Positions 38,165 through 46,278 of a DNA stretch of 64,000 nucleotides are shown in pieces (within the stretch, counting starts at the first letter, position 1; every line of letters starts with the position of its first letter). The translations under genes and the position numbers were made by a program. Source of the stretch: Bacteroidia bacterium. Lineage in GTDB: Bacteria > Bacteroidota > Bacteroidia > J057 > JADKCL01. The notes under the pieces are model-generated. The model searched no databases. It had not been told where the DNA came from and saw only the letters and a list, made by a program, of their open reading frames with translations. The stretch is from positions 17,959 through 81,958 of the forward strand of contig JAXLVK010000013.1 of the NCBI GenBank assembly GCA_046329055.1, in the 5' to 3' direction.

Positions 38165-39967
38165 ATGAAGTTCCACCTCCTACTGCCCTTGCTTTTGATT
38201 GGCTGTACGGCCGCAGCGCAGACCACCTATCCGCCCAATATCTTCGCTGACACCGCGCAGGCGCCTTTCCTTTGGGGTGTGGGCTCATTTGACCCGACGG
38301 CAGACCATGTGATCCTGTGGACCAAGGTCGATCCCCAAGGCGGCAGCAGCCCCATCACCCTGCATTGGGAGACCTTCGGGGACGCGGCACTTACCCAGCC
38401 CATCGGAAACGGCACCGCCATGGCTAGCTCAACCACGAACTGGACTGCGAAGTACGATGTCAGCTACCCCGCCGCGGGCACTTACTACTGGTACCGCTGG
38501 CATGATGGGAACGGGCATTATTCTGCCGTCGGTCGGACCAAAACCGCCCCCACAGGCATGGTGCCGCAGCTGCGCATGGCCGTAATGTCCTGCAGCAGCA
38601 TCTTTTCCGGCTATTTCAATGCCTACCGCCGCATCGGGGAGCGCAACGACCTCGACCTGGTCATCCACTTGGGCGACTACATCTATGATTTTGTGGACCA
38701 GGATGAACAGGTGCGCGTGCCCGTCCCTGCCCCAATCGATCCGCAGACCCTCGCCGAATGGCGCGACCGCCAAGACTACTACCTCCTCGACCCCGACCTG
38801 CGGCTTGCCCGGCAAAACCACCCGTGGACCGTGATTTGGGACAATCACGACGTGGATGGCGACAGTCCGCAACACATGGCCGATGCGATCCAGGCCTTCC
38901 AGGAATACGTCCCCATGCGCCTCCAAAACAGCGGCCAACCCGACAAAATCTACCGCAGCCTGAGCTATGGCGAGCTCGTGGACCTGCACCTGACAGACGT
39001 CGAGACGCAACGGGACATGGACACCCTGCCGAATGGCGACTGGAGCATCATGGGAAATGCGCAATGGGATTGGCTGTCGCAGTCCATCTCCGCGTCCAAT
39101 GCCCGCTGGCACCTGATCGGCAACGAGAAAATGTTCACGCAGTTCAGCACAGCCGGATTGGGCAGCCTCATCAGTTTTGGAGATGGCCCGGTAGCTGATT
39201 CCAGCGCATGGGATGGGTACAATGCCGACCGGGTGCGCCTGCTCGACTACCTCGACCAAAATGGCATCGACAACACGATCATCCTCAGCGGCGACATCCA
39301 CATGAGCTTCATTTGCGATGCACCGAGCGACTACAACAACTACGACCCCGGCACAGGATCGGGCTCCAAGGCCATGGAATTCCTGCCCACGAGCATCAGC
39401 CGGGGCAATTTTGACGAGGCGGGCATCACAGGATTCCTCGCCCAGCTCGTCCAAGTCGCCATCGAGACCGCCAATCCCCACCATGTCCACTCCGAGCTCA
39501 CGAGCCACGGCTATGGCATCCTGGACATCCGCCCCGACACAGCAACAGCCGAGTTCTGGTACTCACCCATCCTCCAAATCTCCACCTCCGAATCCTTCTC
39601 CACGGGCTATTACGCCGTCACCGGGGAAAACCACTGGCGGCGCAGTGCCATCTCCTCCCCTACCGGGCTGATCACCGCACTGCCTGCGCCGGATGAGGTC
39701 CTGCCCATGCGCGTGGAGGTCTTCCCCAATCCGGTGCGCGACTACGCCACCCTGCGCTGGACCGAACCACGGGGCAAATCCGCCAAAATCAGCATCCTGG
39801 AGTCCTCTACAGGCCGCGTGGTCGCCACGCCTGGCGAAATCGGCCACACGTTCAGCAACCATGCCGAGCGCCGCCTCGACCTCCGCGACCTGCCCTCCGG
39901 CCACTACCAAATCCTGCTCGAATCCAGTAGCCAATCCCTTCGAATTCCGTTCGTCCGGTCTCGATGA
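38165..39967 (+). CDS. PhoD-family alkaline phosphatase/phosphodiesterase with T9SS C-terminal domain
   Basis: Signal peptide is MKFHLLLPLLLIGCTAAAQ. PhoD-type metallophosphatase motifs are VIHLGDYIYDF, WDNHDV and ILSGDIHMSF. The C-terminus is VFPNPVRDYATLRW...LPSGHYQILLES. The start is M26 of ORF 38090..39967. Confidence 0.85.
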   Translation: MKFHLLLPLLLIGCTAAAQTTYPPNIFADTAQAPFLWGVGSFDPTADHVILWTKVDPQGGSSPITLHWETFGDAALTQPIGNGTAMASSTTNWTAKYDVSYPAAGTYYWYRWHDGNGHYSAVGRTKTAPTGMVPQLRMAVMSCSSIFSGYFNAYRRIGERNDLDLVIHLGDYIYDFVDQDEQVRVPVPAPIDPQTLAEWRDRQDYYLLDPDLRLARQNHPWTVIWDNHDVDGDSPQHMADAIQAFQEYVPMRLQNSGQPDKIYRSLSYGELVDLHLTDVETQRDMDTLPNGDWSIMGNAQWDWLSQSISASNARWHLIGNEKMFTQFSTAGLGSLISFGDGPVADSSAWDGYNADRVRLLDYLDQNGIDNTIILSGDIHMSFICDAPSDYNNYDPGTGSGSKAMEFLPTSISRGNFDEAGITGFLAQLVQVAIETANPHHVHSELTSHGYGILDIRPDTATAEFWYSPILQISTSESFSTGYYAVTGENHWRRSAISSPTGLITALPAPDEVLPMRVEVFPNPVRDYATLRWTEPRGKSAKISILESSTGRVVATPGEIGHTFSNHAERRLDLRDLPSGHYQILLESSSQSLRIPFVRSR

Positions 39968-39998
39968 TCTTGTGTAGATTTGACAGAATCGACAAACC

Positions 39999-41207
39999 AT
40001 GGCACTAGTCGCACTCGTTTTCGGAATTGTGGTTGCTGCGAACGCATTGGCGACCTCCAAGCGGATTCTGAACCGTCTGCCCACCTTGAGGATGAAACGG
40101 AACCTGATCCCGCGCACAGGGACGGTGACGCCCAAGCGACTCAAGACCATTGAGCGGGCGATGTCGAGTTGGGTGAACCGCTACACGCTGCTGGGACTAC
40201 TGCCCATTGGCATTTCGGCCGTCGGATTGGGGATCGCGAGTCCATTCTTCGGAGAATTGGGTGTCGCTGCCCTGCTGGGGCTGGCCGGATTCTTGGTGCT
40301 GGGATACGCCTTCTTGCTGCATTTTCCATTGACAGAGCACCGCAAACGCCTTTCCTTCATGGCCTCCCGGCAATTGGTGCGGCATACACGGCCGGAGATT
40401 TCCGAGGAGATCCTGACCCGCGTCGCAGAATCCAGCAGCCCCATGACCCGGTTGGCTGCCGTCGAGGGGCTGCGCGAATTGGGCACCGCCACCGGAAATG
40501 AGCTCTTGCGCCAGCTCAGCGAGGACAAAAACGACCCGGTCGCCGCTGCGGCGCGTGATGCCCTCTCCAACCTGCTTCCTGTGCTCAAGGGCGGGCAAAC
40601 CCTCAGCGTCCGCACCATGGAGACCTATGTCCGAGAGCATGAATTTTGGGAGAAAAAGGTCCGTTCCCAATCCTGGCTCGACAATCCTGGCCCCAGCGAC
40701 CAACTCGCGGAGATCACCCGGCAAATCGATGACATCGTCTTTTCCCAATTGCCCATTCGCAGGGCCTACCCCTACGTCTATTGCATGGACTGCTACTCCC
40801 GTGCCGAGGAAATGCGCCACAATGAATGGGAGTGGATCCGCTGCAAGCAATGCAAGGAGGTCCATGGGCTGAAGATTGGCGTGCGAAAGGTGGTCGGGCA
40901 AATCGGGGGAGAATCCACCTCGCATTTCGAGGAGGGCACGCTCTACTTGCCGCTTTGGGACGAAGGCAGCCACCAAGCCCGGTATGCGGAGCTGGATGAG
41001 TTGCAGGTGATCGGCGGGAAGGAAATCAATTACGACTGGGCAGTAGGGGCATTGCTCCAGAAAATCCACGATCACCACCAAGGCCCGGCCTATACCACGG
41101 GCGTCCGCCTCATCGGGCAACCGCGATTGGAGATGAACTCATTGCAACTCCTCAGGTCGCTGGACCCGAGCGCGACCTCCTTGGAACAAGAAAATTCCGG
41201 GGGCTGA
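39999..41207 (+). CDS. Membrane-anchored HEAT-repeat / C4 zinc-ribbon protein, paralog 1 of 5 (uncharacterised family)
   Basis: Three N-terminal hydrophobic helices (MALVALVFGIVVAANALA, LLGLLPIGISAVGLGIA, AALLGLAGFLVLGYAFLL). HEAT/PBS-lyase-like pair: RLAAVEGLRELGTATGNELLRQLSEDKNDPVAAAARDAL. Zinc ribbon: YCMDCYS...WIRCKQCKE. Family motifs: GVRKVVGQIGG, LPLWDE, VIGGKEINYDWAV. Confidence 0.8.
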   Translation: MALVALVFGIVVAANALATSKRILNRLPTLRMKRNLIPRTGTVTPKRLKTIERAMSSWVNRYTLLGLLPIGISAVGLGIASPFFGELGVAALLGLAGFLVLGYAFLLHFPLTEHRKRLSFMASRQLVRHTRPEISEEILTRVAESSSPMTRLAAVEGLRELGTATGNELLRQLSEDKNDPVAAAARDALSNLLPVLKGGQTLSVRTMETYVREHEFWEKKVRSQSWLDNPGPSDQLAEITRQIDDIVFSQLPIRRAYPYVYCMDCYSRAEEMRHNEWEWIRCKQCKEVHGLKIGVRKVVGQIGGESTSHFEEGTLYLPLWDEGSHQARYAELDELQVIGGKEINYDWAVGALLQKIHDHHQGPAYTTGVRLIGQPRLEMNSLQLLRSLDPSATSLEQENSGG

Positions 41208-41208
41208 G

Positions 41209-42366
41209 ATGTTCCTGATCGGAGTCATACTATCGGCAATCTGGGCTGGGTCTTCGGTGATGTTCGCCTACTCCGACATCGACTTGGACTTGGGGAAGTT
41301 CTATGAGCAGCTGGCGCGGCTGAGCCCCGATGCCCTGCTGAAAAAAGCTCGTCCCTACCTCCTCGCGCATCCGCGGAGGTATGCCGTCAAGACGCTGAAA
41401 TTCCCATTGGCGGCCCTGTTTGCGGTGGGATCGTCTGCGGTGTTCATCTATTCTGGTTGGGAAGTCCTCCTCGGCCATGTGGCTGCAATGGGAGTGGCAA
41501 CTGGCGTCATGCTCACGGCTGGGCCCAAAATCATGGGATGGCGGATTCAGGCATTTGCCCAAGTGGCAGCGCAGATGGTGGCCAGGAAAGTGCCCCCCGG
41601 AGTGGCGATCCCCTTCCTCATCGAGGCAAGCAAGCAGGCGAATCCCTATCAGCGCATTGCGGCGGCAGCTGGGTTGGCGTCATTTCCGGGAGGCAAGGCT
41701 TACGAGCGGCTGGCAGAATTGACGGCGGACAAGGATCCGCGGGTCCGGAACATGGCATTGCAGCGGTTCGGGGAATTGGGACGGTGGCGGGCGATCGTGG
41801 AGCAAGGCAAGGTCAGCATCCCGCCGGAGATCCTCGAACGTGCCGCAGAACTCAAAAGTCCGGTCGCATTGCCTCCATTTCCTCCATTGCGCAGCCGCCC
41901 CAACCAGATCGAGGAGGAAAGGGCCATGATGCCCGTTTTGATCCAACAAGCTGATTTGCGGTGGCATTTCCCGCACCTGCTGTGCAGAAAATGCCTGGCC
42001 CGCCCCAAAGCGCTGGGCACTGGCGAGTGGGTTTGGGTGGTCTGCCGCAAGTGCGGTGAGGCTGACCACCTCGCCACCAATGTCAAGCAGGTGATCGGGG
42101 TGCTGGACGGGAGCTTTTCTTGGTCCCTGCAAATGAAAGGGGAACTTCATTTGGGCCTTTGGGATGAAAGCACAAAGGCGACGCGGATCGCGGACATCGA
42201 TGTGCTGGAGGTGGGGCATGCACCGGGAGTGGACATGAATTGGGCGCTGGCAGCGATCTTGACCGTCTTGGAAGGGAGCGGACGTGATGTGAAAACCAAG
42301 GTTCTGGACGCATCCAGGTTGTCGGAAAACAGCCGCAGGATTCTGGATGGGATGTACAAGCAGTGA
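41209..42366 (+). CDS. Membrane-anchored HEAT-repeat / C4 zinc-ribbon protein, paralog 2 of 5
   Basis: MFLIGVILSAIWAGSSVMFAY plus further TM helices. HEAT pair: QRIAAAAGLASFPGGKAYERLAELTADKDPRVRNMALQRF. Zinc ribbon: LLCRKCLA...WVVCRKCGE. Family motifs: NVKQVIGVLDG, LGLWDE, DMNWAL. It starts 1 nt after the paralog 1 stop. Confidence 0.8.
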   Translation: MFLIGVILSAIWAGSSVMFAYSDIDLDLGKFYEQLARLSPDALLKKARPYLLAHPRRYAVKTLKFPLAALFAVGSSAVFIYSGWEVLLGHVAAMGVATGVMLTAGPKIMGWRIQAFAQVAAQMVARKVPPGVAIPFLIEASKQANPYQRIAAAAGLASFPGGKAYERLAELTADKDPRVRNMALQRFGELGRWRAIVEQGKVSIPPEILERAAELKSPVALPPFPPLRSRPNQIEEERAMMPVLIQQADLRWHFPHLLCRKCLARPKALGTGEWVWVVCRKCGEADHLATNVKQVIGVLDGSFSWSLQMKGELHLGLWDESTKATRIADIDVLEVGHAPGVDMNWALAAILTVLEGSGRDVKTKVLDASRLSENSRRILDGMYKQ

Positions 42367-42508
42367 ATTGCCTCTGCATCGTTCGTCTCGGATCGCCTCA
42401 AAATTTTCCACCTGAATGCCGGAATCCTTAATTTGAGCAAGGCGTTCCAGGCCATGGCGCCACCTCCATCGGTTTCACCCAGCATGAGCAACTAGGCCCG
42501 CAACTTGC

Positions 42509-43693
42509 ATGATATCCTGGCAAGTCATTGAATTCACCATCGAGGTGCTTGCGCCCGTGACCACCTTTTGCACGTTCCTGGTGGCATGGAAAAGCCGTGG
42601 TCAAGCATGGCCCATCCGCCGGAGGAAACGCCTCTGGATCCTTCCCGGAAGGGTTCCGAAGGCGCTCAAGTTTTTGCTCTCACCCCTGATCGTCGTCGCC
42701 CGGTACGCGAGGGTCTCCCCTGCACTGCCCGTCGCGCTGGGACTGGCTGGCGCACTGGCGCTGATGGGGCTCAGTGATGCCGCGTTCAATTCCCTGATCG
42801 GGTATTTCTTGCTGTTTCCCTTGGCGATGATCCGGGATTTGAAATGGTTCCGCACCCAATTGGAGGCGGGGGCCGCACGCTCCCTCGCACAGCAGATGGA
42901 TTCCAAGCATTCCGAGCCCATCTTGCTCAATGCCGCCTCCGACCCGGAAGCCCTGACCCGGCTTGCCGCGATCCCCGGATTGGAGACCCTGGGCACCGAT
43001 GCAGCATTGCAGGCGCTGGAGGCCCTGAGCCATGACCGCAATGAAAAGGTCGCCTCGCAAGCGCACCTCGCCCTGAGCCAAGCCAAGCTTATCCTCCAAG
43101 GCCATCAATTGGAGGAGACGCCGGGCATCATGGACTTGGTCGAGCGCCACCTCCTGCTGCTGGACCAGCTCCAACGCGACGATACCAATCCCGACGAGGT
43201 CGAACCCATCGTTCTCGAGGTGGAATCGATGCTGGATCGTGCTGCCCGCCAATGCCTTCCTGCCCGGCGTGCGTACCCGGACCTGCTCTGCCAGGCTTGC
43301 CTCACCCGCGCCCGGCAAATGTCCTACAAGACATGGGTATTCGTTCACTGTAGGCATTGCATACGGCATGATTTGTTGCAGGCCGGGGTCAAGCGTGTGG
43401 TGGGCGAGATCGGCGGGGTGATGGATTGGGACTTGAAGGAAGGGCTGCTCAAAATCGGGCTTTGGGACGAGGAGCGCAGGACGGCAAGGGCAGCGGATAT
43501 CGAGGCCTTGCACGTGATTGGGGGCTCCAACCTGAACTATGATTGGGCGGTATCGGCTGTGGTGGAGGCGATGCAGCAGTTTCAATCGGAAATGCCAGAG
43601 GCGCTGCCCATCGAATTGATCGACAATCCATCAATTTCCGCCAATAGTGTGGCACTTCTACGTACTTTGTCTCCGAGACTTCAAATGCCATGA
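42509..43693 (+). CDS. Membrane-anchored HEAT-repeat / C4 zinc-ribbon protein, paralog 3 of 5
   Basis: TM helices (VLAPVTTFCTFLVAW, ALPVALGLAGALALMGL, LIGYFLLFPLAMI). HEAT pair: LTRLAAIPGLETLGTDAALQALEALSHDRNEKVASQAHLAL. Zinc ribbon: LLCQACLT...FVHCRHCIR. Family motifs: GVKRVVGEIGG, IGLWDE, VIGGSNLNYDWAV. Confidence 0.8.
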   Translation: MISWQVIEFTIEVLAPVTTFCTFLVAWKSRGQAWPIRRRKRLWILPGRVPKALKFLLSPLIVVARYARVSPALPVALGLAGALALMGLSDAAFNSLIGYFLLFPLAMIRDLKWFRTQLEAGAARSLAQQMDSKHSEPILLNAASDPEALTRLAAIPGLETLGTDAALQALEALSHDRNEKVASQAHLALSQAKLILQGHQLEETPGIMDLVERHLLLLDQLQRDDTNPDEVEPIVLEVESMLDRAARQCLPARRAYPDLLCQACLTRARQMSYKTWVFVHCRHCIRHDLLQAGVKRVVGEIGGVMDWDLKEGLLKIGLWDEERRTARAADIEALHVIGGSNLNYDWAVSAVVEAMQQFQSEMPEALPIELIDNPSISANSVALLRTLSPRLQMP

Positions 43694-44889
43694 TTGCTTC
43701 CCTCGTCATCGGTGCCATACTGGGCACCATCTCCACAGTGGTGATCTTCCGCTGGGTCAAGAACGGCACCCACCGCCTCACGCAGCAAATGGCGGATGCC
43801 ATTGACCAAAGCTCGGGCAGGGGGGTGGTGAGGACCGCTCGCCGTCAATTGCTGCGCCCGCAGTGGCAGCGCGGCATCACCTGGGTGATCTGGCCCGTGC
43901 TTCCGATCGTGAATCCGGTGTATTATTTCATCGCAGTCGGGCCGGAAGGGCTGGTTTTCGTCCTGTCTTACATCGGCACCTACCTGCTCAGCCTCGTCGT
44001 CGGATTCCATTATTGGGGTCGCGAAATCCTGAATGCGTACACACTCTCCACTGGAAAGGTGGTGGCTGTCAAGCTGGTGCGTTACCAACCCGAACAAGCC
44101 GCCGAGGTGCTATTGGCAGCTTCGCAGGACGCCGATCCCATCCATCGCCTTGCTGTGATCCCCGCCTTGATCGAACTCGGCACCCCGCAGGCAGTCGAGG
44201 CACTCAAGACCTTGCGCGCCGATCCCAGTGAAACGATCGCAGAACCAGCCCGCCAAGGATTGATCCTCCTGGAAGGCTATCTGTTGCATCCCAAAGCTCC
44301 CTACCCTGAGTTGCCGACAACGGTCTGGCGCAAGCCCAACATTGGCGAGGAGGGCGATGAGAACCACGGGGGTCGCGTGAAGCTCCATGACCGCAAGAAG
44401 GCCGTTCAGCTCATGGGAGACCAACAAGTCCTGGAGATTCTGCTCCCGCAATTGCCGCTGCGCCGGGGCTATCCCGCACTCTATTGCCGGGAATGCCATG
44501 CGACCGCGCACCGCTACCGCTTCGGGGAATGGGACTGGGTCGAATGCCGCATTTGCGAGAAGCAAGGCAACCTGGAAATCGGCGTGAAACGGGTGTATGG
44601 CGAAATTGGAGGAGACAGCCTTTGGAAATTGGATGACAAGGGCACGCTCCACCTGCGCCTTTGGGATCCCGACCGCAGCACCGTCCTCCAGGCCGACATC
44701 AATGAGCTTCATGTCATTGGCGGCATGGACATGGACTATGACTGGGCGATCAGCGCGACATTGGAGACGTTGGAGAAGCGCCCCGAGGGATGGAAAGTGG
44801 TCTATCACAATCCGCCACGGTTGGCCCGCAACACCCTGATGCTCCTCCAAGCTGGGGGCCATGCAACACCACCCGGCCAAAAACCCTGA
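43690..44889 (+). CDS. Membrane-anchored HEAT-repeat / C4 zinc-ribbon protein, paralog 4 of 5
   Basis: MIASLVIGAILGTISTVVIF plus further TM helices. HEAT pair: IHRLAVIPALIELGTPQAVEALKTLRADPSETIAEPARQGL. Zinc ribbon: LYCRECHA...WVECRICEK. Family motifs: GVKRVYGEIGG, LRLWDP, VIGGMDMDYDWAI. ATGA overlap with the paralog 3 stop. Confidence 0.8.
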   Translation: MIASLVIGAILGTISTVVIFRWVKNGTHRLTQQMADAIDQSSGRGVVRTARRQLLRPQWQRGITWVIWPVLPIVNPVYYFIAVGPEGLVFVLSYIGTYLLSLVVGFHYWGREILNAYTLSTGKVVAVKLVRYQPEQAAEVLLAASQDADPIHRLAVIPALIELGTPQAVEALKTLRADPSETIAEPARQGLILLEGYLLHPKAPYPELPTTVWRKPNIGEEGDENHGGRVKLHDRKKAVQLMGDQQVLEILLPQLPLRRGYPALYCRECHATAHRYRFGEWDWVECRICEKQGNLEIGVKRVYGEIGGDSLWKLDDKGTLHLRLWDPDRSTVLQADINELHVIGGMDMDYDWAISATLETLEKRPEGWKVVYHNPPRLARNTLMLLQAGGHATPPGQKP

Positions 44890-46100
44890 TGGGAAGCCCT
44901 GACGACTTTCCCATGGAGGCCGCGCTTGCCTTTGGCGCTGCAATCGGGGCGACGTCCGTCCTCGCGGTGACACATTTGTTCAGCTCCGTGCAGCACCGCT
45001 TCATCCGCGTCTGGTGCAAGTACCGTGACAAGCAGGAAGACCGCGCTCTGATGCGTCGCCTGCAATTCGCCTTGGGCACCCACCGGTTGACCTTGCTCCT
45101 TCCCTGGACATTGGGATTCTTGAATCCGCTCAACCTCCTCGTTTTTGATGGCAGCAGCCTCCATTACCTTGGTTGGGGGTCCATTTTGGGCTACTTGGGC
45201 ATTTCCTTGGTGGCCTATCCATTCCAGTTGGGCAAGTCCCTGCGGAATTTCAGGGAGGAATTGGCTTGCGAGGCAGCACACCGCTTGGTCGTGAACACAA
45301 GCCCGCAAGACGCAGAGGCAATCCTGTTGCGAGCCGCGAAATCCGGCCAAACCGAACTCAAAATGGCGGCCACCATCGGCCTGCAACGCCTGGGAACGCC
45401 CGCAGGGAACACAGCATTGGAAGATCTCTGCGCGGACAAGGACCTCCGCATCTCTGTTGCCGCCACCAAGGCCTACACCCGCCTGGTCAAGGCCCTCAGA
45501 GACAAGGCCGTCCGCAGCCTCGCACCCATGCCCCAACTCCTCGCCACCTATGAGGAGGAACGACGGAACGCCAACTTTCGATTGGAACGAGACAATATCG
45601 CCAAGTTCCCGGCCCTGCGCAGCGTCGCCAAGGAGATCGACGACATCACCTATTCACAATTCCCTCTGGTGCGTTCGTTTCCCGATCTTGTCTGCCGCAA
45701 TTGCCACGAATTCGCGCTGATGCAGCGGTTCGAGGAGTGGCGCTGGGTCTATTGTCCCAGCTGCGGAGAAGCAACTGCATTGGTCCCGGGCATCCACAAG
45801 ATCGTCGGGACCATCGGGGCGAAGGAGGACTGGGTCGAGCGGGAAAACACGCTGTATGTGAGCATGTGGGACACTGCCCGGAATGTGCCCATCACGACCG
45901 ATCCCAGCAGCCTGCAAGTCCTCGCGGGTGCGGACATCGATTACGACTGGGCCTTGACGGCTGTCACCGAGCTGATTGCCAACCGCCGACCAACGGGTGG
46001 AAAGGACTTTCCGATTCAGTTGCCCGCTTCGATCACATTGTCTGCGAATACACTGGCGGTGATTCGGGGGCAGGCGTACTTGCTTTTAGTTGGTAGTTGA
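44889..46100 (+). CDS. Membrane-anchored HEAT-repeat / C4 zinc-ribbon protein, paralog 5 of 5
   Basis: The start was taken at M34 of ORF 44790..46100 (MGSPDDFPMEAALAFGAAIGATSVLAV), giving a TGATG overlap with the paralog 4 stop and a length matching its siblings. HEAT pair: LKMAATIGLQRLGTPAGNTALEDLCADKDLRISVAATKAY. Zinc ribbon: LVCRNCHE...WVYCPSCGE. Family motifs: GIHKIVGTIG, VSMWDT, DIDYDWAL. Confidence 0.75.
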   Translation: MGSPDDFPMEAALAFGAAIGATSVLAVTHLFSSVQHRFIRVWCKYRDKQEDRALMRRLQFALGTHRLTLLLPWTLGFLNPLNLLVFDGSSLHYLGWGSILGYLGISLVAYPFQLGKSLRNFREELACEAAHRLVVNTSPQDAEAILLRAAKSGQTELKMAATIGLQRLGTPAGNTALEDLCADKDLRISVAATKAYTRLVKALRDKAVRSLAPMPQLLATYEEERRNANFRLERDNIAKFPALRSVAKEIDDITYSQFPLVRSFPDLVCRNCHEFALMQRFEEWRWVYCPSCGEATALVPGIHKIVGTIGAKEDWVERENTLYVSMWDTARNVPITTDPSSLQVLAGADIDYDWALTAVTELIANRRPTGGKDFPIQLPASITLSANTLAVIRGQAYLLLVGS

Positions 46101-46278
46101 TAGGGGATAGTTGACATTTCTGGGAGGTTCGTCACGATTGGGGTTGGAGATTTTGGCGGCACTTTTGTCCGTTCGGAGGCTTGTGGATTGCGGACAGGGC
46201 TCTCGTTCCTGCTATTTGGCAGGCCTCAAATTGCGGACAATGTGATGTGGGCTGAGGCTTATGTGTTGTAGGCCGCCA

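Noticed and set aside
44790-44888. Upstream start (44790) for paralog 5, giving a 436-aa protein
   Set aside because: The extra 33 residues overlap the end of paralog 4 in another frame and have no counterpart in the four siblings. The ATG at 44889 gives a TGATG coupling and the family-typical length and N-terminal TM helix.
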